From positions 302,994,001 through 303,058,000 of the forward strand of contig OZ024742.1 of NCBI GenBank assembly GCA_964016885.1: a stretch of 64,000 nucleotides of DNA, written 5' to 3'. A program made the position numbers and the translations under genes. This stretch comes from Eledone cirrhosa. Its lineage: Eukaryota. The notes below the pieces were generated by a model that worked only from the letters and a program-made list of their open reading frames with translations, did no database searches and was not told where the DNA came from. Shown in pieces: positions 54,091 through 64,000 of the stretch; the stretch's first letter is position 1; the number at the start of each line of letters is the position of its first letter.

Positions 54091-57000
54091 CATATAGTGA
54101 TCACAGGTTGAAGAAGAATCTAAGGGCTTGAAGTTTCTAATTCGATATTTCATTCACGAATTAATAATTCTTACACGTGTTTCACTAAAATTGCATAATA
54201 TCTGAATCAGTCTAACTTGGTAACAATGTAACATACAACATTTATTGAGCACTGCGTTAAAAGACATCATAATTCCATCTCAACAGAGTGAGTGATACTA
54301 CATCGTGTTGTTAGGTATAGATGAACTAGCAGGGGTGCTTAAAGGTAGTTGGCCAATCATTATTTGAGTTATAGGTAGGATATTCTCGTTGATCACAGTT
54401 ATCCAATCAACACTGTACACGTTGTCCACTTCATTTTTAGACTTTTATATTATAATCTAACATATAATTTAACATATAGCAAAGCGGGAATTTAAGTGGT
54501 CTGTAGCTGGTAGAGATGTGTCTAGTTACTTTAGTGGGCTGATAAAATGTGGTAAATATACTTCGTTGGATATTAAAATTAACGAATTACTTATCTAGTT
54601 TTCTTCATGTAGTTGGTATGTCTTGAAATTATTTAACGATGCCTGCGTGGTGCATTGTATATTAGCTTGAACTTTCATGTGACTATTGGAGGAGGGTATT
54701 TTAATTCGAGTTGAGATGTTTTATTACATCTAAATGTTTTATTGTGGTGAGGCTAACTGAGGATTTATCGGTGTTACTAATTAATGTAGATTTGGTGCGG
54801 TTTTATGTTTATTTCTTGTGTGTGTGAGATAGTGAGTTCGCTTTCTATCTTTCATATATTTTTTGTTTTATTGGTTGTGGACGACTTGTTGAGATGTTAA
54901 AATAATTTTCCGTGTTGTTACGGAGCCCATATATGCACCGTTTGCGTATTGGTCGTGGTAACATTATATTAGTATTGCAATTTTATTTTGTGTTTTGGAT
55001 AAGCAGATTGCTGTCTATGCTTATTTGTAGCATTATGTATGCTTTGCGAGAAACTAGGTTGTGTTCTGTATATATATCTAGGTTATCGAATAGGAAATAC
55101 CTGTAGTATCTAGGGAAAAGAGGAATATTTAGTTGGAGTTTTACATGTGCTGTACTGTAGAGAGTCGATTCCCCGTACCCAGAAAAAAGGGTTTAGCGAC
55201 CTGTGTGGGTAGTTAACAATTCAATCATGCCTGGAGTTAAATCCTTACGGGTTATAATCTGCAGTAATTCAACCGATGAGAGATCTTATTCTCGAAGTTC
55301 ACGCTGCTGTCTTGCTGATCGTAGGAGAGACCATAACATTTTGTAGTTGATGTCGGTCTGTTTCAAATGCCAGATCTTTTAGAAAGGTCAATTAATTTCT
55401 GCAGATTATTTTGTTTTTAAAACTGTGCGAGCACATTTGAAATCGTTTGTTGTTGCTCCGATATAATTGTATGTGTTAGCTCACATTTCTACACGATGCT
55501 CCTATACAGGCATTCATACCCTAGTGGGCAATTTTCGAACTGTTTTACAGTTACATTTCGTTTTCATTTTGTTTGCTACCTGGTTTTGTTTTAGTATTAG
55601 ATGGGGCATTAATTGAGCTGAGGCTTGAGGTTATTTTCTATATTTTTTGTATATTTTCTATATTTACTGATTAATAGTCACACATACATTCTTTTTTTCA
55701 AACACAACATCTCAATCTTTCTTTATCAAATCTAATTATATTTACTTCCTTCCTGCCTTACTATTTGCGCATCTTGTCTGCTTCATATCCTGTCATGTTT
55801 CTAGTAACAACATAAATATTCCGTAGGCAGGTACCATGCTTGATACCCTGATACTCTGATAGAAGCGCCAATCTTGTTACCCAGAAGGAACCATGGATCT
55901 AGATACTATATGGAAACTACTATCATAGCTGATATTTGGTTACACGAGTTTATGTATATCTCTCTCCCTTTTTGTTTCATTTTTTTTTTTTACTTTTTCG
56001 CAGGAATGTGTGTAGATGTACGTGTTTCTGAGAGCTTGTGTATCCATACACAAGAAAAAAGAAAAAAAGGCGTATATGCATATTTGAAGAACAAACCACA
56101 CAATTCTCTCAGTTAAGTTGCCAATGGTTGAAATCATATGAGGTTTAACTAACATCATTGACATTCAACGCTAGCGTGATCTCAAAGGCGGCAGAATTGG
56201 TGCAGAAAAGAAATTGTAGAAGTTTGTAACTTATTTAAGATATAACGTAAGAAAATAATTACAGGTATTTAATAATTCGTTCGGTCGTCAGGTGTCTCCA
56301 GAGGAATCTACAGTTGCAAATGGGGAAAAAAGTTACAAAGACTCTTAGTAAATAGCGTAGAATAATGGAGTTGCAAGCAGCTAGAATTCCTCTAGAGAGA
56401 ATCAAAATTTATAACGTTAATAGGATTGCGATTGCAATAAGAAAATAACTGTATATTTTCTAGAAGAATAGCAAGAAGTATTGGTGCTGGTGGTGTTGGA
56501 GGTGCTGCTGTTACTGCCGCTGATGAGAACGACGAACAACCATAACGATGATGATGATGAAGGTGGTGGTTGTGGTTGCAGAATTTGTTGATGGTTGGTA
56601 GTGGTGATGGTCATATTGTAAGTAGTACTGATAGTGTTAGTGTTAGTAGTACTGATGTTGGTGATAATGATCATGGTTAAGAAGATGTCAGTGATGAGAA
56701 TGAGAATGGTGATGGTGATGATGATAGTAGTGCTAGAGGAAGGGGGCTTCGTCTTCGTCGCATTTGCTGTCGTCGTTGGGAAGATGAGGGGGAGGTGAAA
56801 CAAAGAGTATAAAGCTTTGTTTCTAACTTTCGTTCAAAATCATACAATAGTGGATCGAATCCATTACATTAATACTGATTTGTTTCCCAACGCTGAAATG
56901 ATGAAATACGACTCGTACACACCCGCCCCTTATCTCCCTTTTTTGTGGAGCTCTTCGCTAGACGTCAAAGCTCTTTCGTCACTTTGCAAATGACTTACTC

Positions 57001-57221
57001 ATGGACACAGACGCGCTGAGAACTTCTTTTGTCATTGCTTCAGAAATATAACGACAGTGGGGTTTGATCTCGCTTCATTATATGTCCCAACTAAATACTG
57101 CAGAGCATTACAATCAATCGACTCTGCTACTCCTCTCTTTCGCTTACTAAATATAAATATAATCTTCCATCTCCTCTCGTCATTTACTGCTCCTTCTCTA
57201 GCTCATTAGCATTATTATCGC

Positions 57222-57800
57222 CGGTGAATTGGCACTATCGGTAGAAGGTTGGACGCCAAGCTTTCTAGCATAGTTACGCCCCTTTATGGTCTGAGTTCAA
57301 ATCCCATCGAGGTTAGCTTTGCCTTTCATCCTTACGAGGTCGATAAAATAAAGTACCAGTAATACACTAGGATAATTGTGCCAAAAGTTTAAACAATTAT
57401 TATCGCCAATTATGATCTGAGTTCAAATCCCGCCGAGGTTAACTTAGCCTTTAATCCTTACAGGGTCGATAAAATAAAGTACCAGTCACGCACTGAGGTC
57501 GATTTTAATCTAATTTTCCCTCCTCCAAAATTGCTGCCCTTGTGCCTATATAAGAAACCATTTTTATCGCCAATATTAGAGCAATGGATTGGCAGAATCG
57601 GTAGAGCGCCTGACAACAGGCTTTGCATCATAGAGTTTCGGCCCTTTAAGTTCTGAGTTCAAATCCCACCGGGGTAAGTTTTGCCTTTTATACTTACTGA
57701 GTCGATAAATAAAGCACCAGTAATGCACTGGAGGCCATTTAATCCCCCCCCCCCTCTGCTCCAAAATTGTTGGCCTTGTGCCTAAATTAGAAACAATTAT
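57222..57800 (+). mobile_element. Three stacked SINE copies
   Basis: Same core, separated by attattatcgcc-like repeats. Confidence 0.85.
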
Positions 57801-57809
57801 TATGATCAA

Positions 57810-58106
57810 TATCATCATCACCTATACAACCACCACCACTACCACTACCACCATCACCATAACCATCACCACCACCACCATCTCCACCACACCACCACCA
57901 CCACCACTACCACCACAACCACCACCCTAACCATCACCACCACCCACCACCTCCACCACCACCACCTCCACTATCACCACCACCGCAACCACCACCACCA
58001 CCACTACCACCACCACCACAATCACAACCACTACCACCACCACCACCACCACAACTACCCCCACCCTCACAACCACCACCACTACCGCCTCCACCTCCAC
58101 CACCAC

Positions 58107-58139
<33 letters not shown>

Positions 58140-58265
58140 TCTGATCATCATCATCATCCTCAGCAACATCATCATCATTATCCTCAATGTCATCATCATC
58201 ATCATCATCATCATCACCATCATCATCATCAACATCATCAGTATCATCAACATCAACAGTATCAT
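57810..58265. repeat. (CAC)n/(CAT)n compound trinucleotide tract
   Basis: Direct inspection. Confidence 0.9.
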
Positions 58266-58460
58266 AAATTTTATTGATAAAATGTAAACAATTTATAATC
58301 CGCAGTTTAGTAAATTCCGCGATTAAAATTCGATTAAAATTCGATTATTGACTGAAGAAAATTGCTTCAATATTTTAAATGTGCATGTGTGTGCATTAAT
58401 GTATATTCTTGTGGATGTGTCTCTATGTCTGTGTGTGTATGTGTGTTAGTATGTGTGTGT

Positions 58461-58515
<55 letters not shown>

Positions 58516-60166
58516 TGTGTGTCTGTGTGTGTCTGTGTGTGTATGTGTGTGTGTGTGTCTGTGTGTATGTATCTGTGTGTATGTGTTTTGTGCGTGCATA
58601 TTTTACAATACGCAATCCGCACGGAAACAACACCGCACAGTTTCTCTGTATATATAATTTTTACTTACATAATGTCATTATATTCAAAACAGTGTCAGAA
58701 ACATAAAATATCAACAGTTTAGCATCCAGGAAGATAATTCTTCGTGTATTATTACTTTTCATTCTGCTACTGGAAATATTTTACACAGCAATTATTGTTT
58801 AAATACATAGAATAAAGTACTACAAAACGAATATGTATAAACATGACACATACGCGTACATCACACCAAAGAACGCACCTACCTTATTTAACGACAGTTC
58901 AACCTTTTCCATCAATAAATCAAATAGTAGCAAAAACAATATACAATATTGCCCAACTCATAATCTGTGATGAATGTCACGGAAAAATTTAACGCCATCA
59001 CGCTATGGGGACATTGTAATATTTTCGTCAAAAGTAAAATCTTTTCAAAAGGTTAATTCGACCCCACCTCCTTTGTACCGCTAACGGCGACTAAAATATA
59101 ACATAAAGCTACAAGCTTCGTTGTTCTTTGATCCAACTAAGGATCAAAGAACAGTACCTTGAAGTGTTACACTCATATACATCCATATAATATCCACAAC
59201 TCCCGAGCAATGTTAAAGGGGCATGTTAGTTATGGCAGAGAAAAAAAAAACACTTAAATTAAAAAAATATATAATAAAACCAAATATTTCAACGTTTATA
59301 CAGATATTTATAATACATAATAGAAAATATACAAGAAACAGAAATAAAACACATAAAGCGAATATACACGAGAAATAAATACAAATATAAGCAGCTGATA
59401 ACCAATGAAATCTTTATAACATTACACATCTCGCACGAAATATGAAGCCATTGCGGAAGAAAGAAAATGTTGCAATAGAAACGACGATACTGATGGTAAA
59501 TGAACCCTCAAAACATAATGAAAATACTTCATATTCTACCAAACAAGATAAAACAAGATAAAAAGAAACAAAGCTTTGCGTGAAAACCAAAATAAATGAA
59601 AACACTTCTTCAAAGCAAACTTAAAGACAACCAACGAAATATACAGCCAAACAGCTCTTTCATTACACGCTTAATAACAAACAGAAATCAACACATATTA
59701 CAGCAGATTAACCACAGTTAATATTGAGGAAAATCTATTTGAAAAGATAAAACATAATTTACTATAAAATAAGAAACACGGAACAATGAAATCTTTATTC
59801 AAATTAGATAAAGATATCAACGAAATAAAAGATACATACGAGGGCACATCAAATTTATGTCCACCGAAAAAAACCTGAATATGAATATGCTAAATGAAAC
59901 TAATTTTATTCTGTCGGGAGTGGAGGGAAACAGATGGTTTGATCCTTGTACAATAAGTCTTTCTTCAACCAGACCTACCCAAACTATCCTTAGAAAGAAT
60001 TAACACAATGTAAAATTGAAAAGAATAGAACAGAAACAATATCTATTTACATAGTGAAATTAAAAGAGCTGTTTGTAACATGAAAAACGTAGGAAAATTA
60101 AAATAATCAGAAAATACAGGATGGGCCAGAATTCATGGCTCACTGGATTATGAAAAAACTTGATTA

Positions 60167-60442
60167 AATAAAAAAAACCTGTGAGGCATATTAAGGAATA
60201 AAAATATAAATTAAGAAACCTGCTAAGCATATTAAGAAATAAAATAATAAATTAAAACAATATAATAACAATAAAATATGCATGTTAAGAAATATACCTA
60301 AGAAATATACCTATATTTCTTAACATGCATATTTTATTGTTATTATATTGTTTTAATTTATTATTTTATTTCTTAATATGCTTAGCAGGTTTCTTAATTT
60401 ATATTTTTATTCCTTAATATGCCTCACAGGTTTTTTTTTATT
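60167..60442. repeat. Near-perfect AT-rich palindrome with 130-bp arms
   Basis: 60167-60296 matches 60312-60442 inverted, with a 15-bp spacer. Confidence 0.9.
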
Positions 60443-60469
60443 AAACAAATAAAACAAAGAAAGACAAAA

Positions 60470-60730
60470 CGAAAGATATCCAGGATGTGGAAGAATGCAT
60501 TATGGGAATCATACGAGCAAAATAATATTACGGGCAAAACCAACCAGCAAGAGAACCAGGGTAGACCCCGAGCAAGTTGATTGGATAACATCCAAGAGCT
60601 TGGCTGGTCATGCTTGGGAATCCAGCCGGATCAGTTGGAGGCAGTTGCTTCTGACAGGACCTGCTGGATGGAGTGTTTGAGAACTCTTACGCCACGACCT
60701 TCACAGGAATAAATTAGCGAAGAAGAAGAA
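60470..60730 (+). mobile_element. Decayed RTE (Rex3/Expander-like) 3' end
   Basis: AKPTSKRTR/RPR..LDNIQELGWSCLGI..VASDRTCW..LTPRP, followed by gaagaagaa. Confidence 0.6.
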
Positions 60731-61327
60731 TACGAGCAAAAAAATATGTTCAATAAGTTGATTGGAAAAGCGTGACCGATAATTTCAGGTATTTGGGGCA
60801 TAAAACAAAACAACTGAGAAAACCTAAAACGAAAAATAATAAACAAAAAAGATAAAATACGTGAAATACACAACAATAAATATATTTAAACATAAACATG
60901 TGGTGGTGGTGGGGGCAATGTTTATATTTACTCAGTAAATGGCAGCCCTTACTGCTAATGCTATTATATGATAAATTTCGTCCGAATGGTGCTCAGACAA
61001 CAGCATCCTAAAAATACTATCGATTCCAATCAGTCCAGACTATAATTAGTAAGACTGACACAGAAATAACAGCAGTATCATGTGCTTCATTAGCTTTAGG
61101 CACTGTGCAGTGATTGCACACTTAAAGATAAGTGCAGAGGAGAGCACACTCGTAAGATGTGATCATGTCACAGCTATGTCACTAACCGGACAATAATGCT
61201 TAAAATACTCACAGTGAAATTTATTTTATATGCTTTCGTATACAATTCTATTTTGAATCACGCTGTGTTAGTGGTACTACTAATTCATAGTAGTAGCCTA
61301 GTAAACCCGTAATATATGCAAGTAAGA

Positions 61328-61448
61328 TTTATGGTCTGAGTGAAAATCCCGTCGTGGGTAAATTTGCCTTTTATCCTTACGGGGTCGATAAAATAAAGTA
61401 CCAGTAATACACTGGTATAATTGCTGGCCTTGTGCAAAAAGTAGAAAC
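61328..61448 (+). mobile_element. 5'-truncated SINE with 17-bp TSD
   Basis: aatatatgcaagtaaga at 61311-61327 and 61449-61465 flanks the SINE core. Confidence 0.85.
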
Positions 61449-61816
61449 AATATATGCAAGTAAGAATACCAAACAATGTAGTATTTGCTAAATCTATTTT
61501 GAGTAAATGTCATTAATAAGGGATTAACTATCCTGAAAAACTGAGATAGCTGTGGCATGATCACAACTTAAAATTACCATAGCAAGAATTACAAATGTTT
61601 CATATACGAGTACATAGACATATTGCATATAATTCCATATACGCCTCTATCCTGAATCACGCTGTGTTAGTACTAATATGTTTATATATATATGTATATA
61701 TGTATCTATAGTTCACATTTAACTTTTCAAAATCTGCTACTATTTGGAACTGTTTCTTTCTCATTTTCCCCACCCTCACCTTTGTACACACACACACACA
61801 CACACACACAAGTACA

Positions 61817-61889
<73 letters not shown>

Positions 61890-63000
61890 ACACACACAAA
61901 CACACACACACACGCTATTTCTCTCTTTCTCTCTCGTCCGTGCTTTTTTTTTCATTATACTACAACAGACACAATTTCGCCAACAAATCAAACTCTCAGA
62001 AATATATCAGGCCTTTCAGTCAAAATACCACATTGTCTTCCGACTCGCTGCTACCTAAACTTTCGTTCCCCTCACCATTCTCATTCGGTGCTTCTGCCTC
62101 TCTCATTCTCATTATCCTTCAATCTCACACACACACACACTCTCTCTCTCCCCTCTCTCTCTCTCATTCTAGGGTTTCTAACACATTACCTCTCATTCAC
62201 GTTAATGTCTTGATTTCATTTCATGTCGAAAATAGTATGATGTTTGACAACGAGAATAAATGATCGCCAGTGCATTAGAACCAATTAGGAATAATTAAGG
62301 TCACAGGAGGGTAATTAAGATCAGTTCTTAATGAAATGTAATTATTAAAGATGATACTTTTTTTGATGAGGAAAGAGGTAAAGCAAAATGGTGAGTGATA
62401 GACTGGCAACAGTCCTTGTCAATCAAATCTGTGTACCGAATAACATTACTAAAGGAAATAGGAAAAAAATAATGTCGACGCAGAAATGAAACAATAATAT
62501 TGACGAGTTAGATGGAATTAATTTATTTTCCGCCTAGAATATTCCAATTTTTATGTAAATCTTCGTAATGGGGGATTTCAAAATAGATTTGCAGCAACAT
62601 GAACAGAAATCATAAGAGTAACCTAACGTAATTTTCAAATATCATCAGCATTAATCTAAGTTGTTTTGTCTTATTTTATTTGACGTTGTTGTTGGTTTTG
62701 TTATTTTTGTAATGCAACACAATGTAGCTTGTATTTTAAACTGTTTTCTTTCGAGTAGAGAAAGAGGAAAACACTGAAAGACAGTAGAAAATGAAACAGA
62801 CAGTTAAGGGGAGAGAGAGAGAAAGAGAAACAATAGAAAAGAGAATGATAGTGTGAGTAATAGAAAGAGAGAGAGAGAGAGAGAGTGAGAGAGAGTGAGA
62901 CAGAGAGACAGAGAAAGAAGGAAAAAGAGAGATAAATAGAGAAATAAATAAATAAATAGAGAATGTGAGAGAAAGGAGAGAGAGACGGAGTGGTAGATAG

Positions 63001-63075
<75 letters not shown>

Positions 63076-63499
63076 ATAATGTATTCAAAGTGAAGCCCTA
63101 ATTTTAAACTGCACAATTTCAAAGAAGTAAACAAAATAACATCCAAACACTCGATATCTGTTCAGCCCTAAGTCAGCTATGATTTAACAAAAGTATCGTA
63201 AAAACGGTGTTCCGGCCATGACCATCCTGTCCAACTATCTGGCGGCGAATTCGCAGAATAATTTGAACATGGACAATTTTTCTTGCGGAATATGTTCCGT
63301 TGTTCTGCGCCTGAGTTTAAATGTCATCGGTCATCTTTGCCTGCCATTTTTTCTGGTTCAATGAAATATTTTAAAAGTCCAGTGCGATTGATTGACGAAA
63401 TTATTATAGAATCATATAATATACAATTGTTGACTTGTTGAAATATTTGTGATTTAGCAAAATCAACAACTTTATGAGAAAGAATACTCAATCATTGTT

Positions 63500-64000
63500 A
63501 CCCTGAAGACACGAGCATGAGAGTGTGGAAGACCACTATCTGGCGTGCAGAATGACACCAAGAGTTAGCCGTCTTGTTTTCTCATTGAACAGAAAAGAGA
63601 AAACATTACCCCGGAGTAGAGCATTGGAGACGTATTCAAATAACTATTCCAACTCAAGCGAGTAGACAACTTCACCCCGATAGCAGTAAGTATGAAGCTG
63701 GTACGATGACCAAGAATTGAGGAAGTCTTCAGCTCTACAGGTTCAATGACATTCCTATCGGAAAGTGGCCTTTACATCAACAGCTTGCAAACTTCTGCTT
63801 GTCGGGCCATGAAGCCTGGTTGTGTTGCCAAATGCAGCAGAATATCGCTGGAGAAGGTCTCATTGTATGTTGAAATCCAGATGAGGTGTTTACCACCGTG
63901 GAATGGGAAGATTTTGAGTGCATCTCGACTTCTTCCCTCCCCTAAGTCCAACCCCACAACCTGGAGCTGTGATGGAAAACCGGTTGCATCGAAGCCATAC
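63500..64000 (-). mobile_element. Possible decayed LINE 5'/APE region
   Basis: Higher GC than the flanks, and HLIWISTYN resembles the APE N-terminal (I-x-T-x-N) motif. Weak evidence only. Confidence 0.3.

Noticed and set aside
55270-55305. ccgatga-gaga..tctc-gaag hammerhead-like motif
   Set aside because: Two core mismatches and no stem I or III.
56417-58722. Low-complexity ORFs (poly-T/I, poly-M/V, CVCV)
   Set aside because: Microsatellite translations.

Overview
AT-rich, microsatellite-dense eukaryotic DNA with no recognisable host gene. The dominant SINE resembles octopod cephalopod SINEs, but this host assignment is an inference from memory. Almost everything interpretable is mobile DNA: two R4/Dong-type RLE LINE copies, a tandemly duplicated RTE LINE with three C2H2 fingers, RTE and Ingi/Vingi 3' remnants, two Penelope-like (Neptune-type GIY-YIG) elements, non-autonomous Helitrons, Tc1/mariner derivatives and stacked SINEs. 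The main result is a non-coding RNA layer that the ORF track does not show. The ~500-bp tandem array at 27.2-35.5 kb carries a type I hammerhead ribozyme in every complete unit (14 on +, one complete and one truncated copy on -), making it a retrozyme or Penelope-pLTR-like array. At least six other sequence-distinct hammerhead families occur in the window. Nearly all have a minimal stem III built on a family-specific palindrome, and one has a U3:A8 compensatory core. All folds were derived by eye, and catalytic activity is untested.
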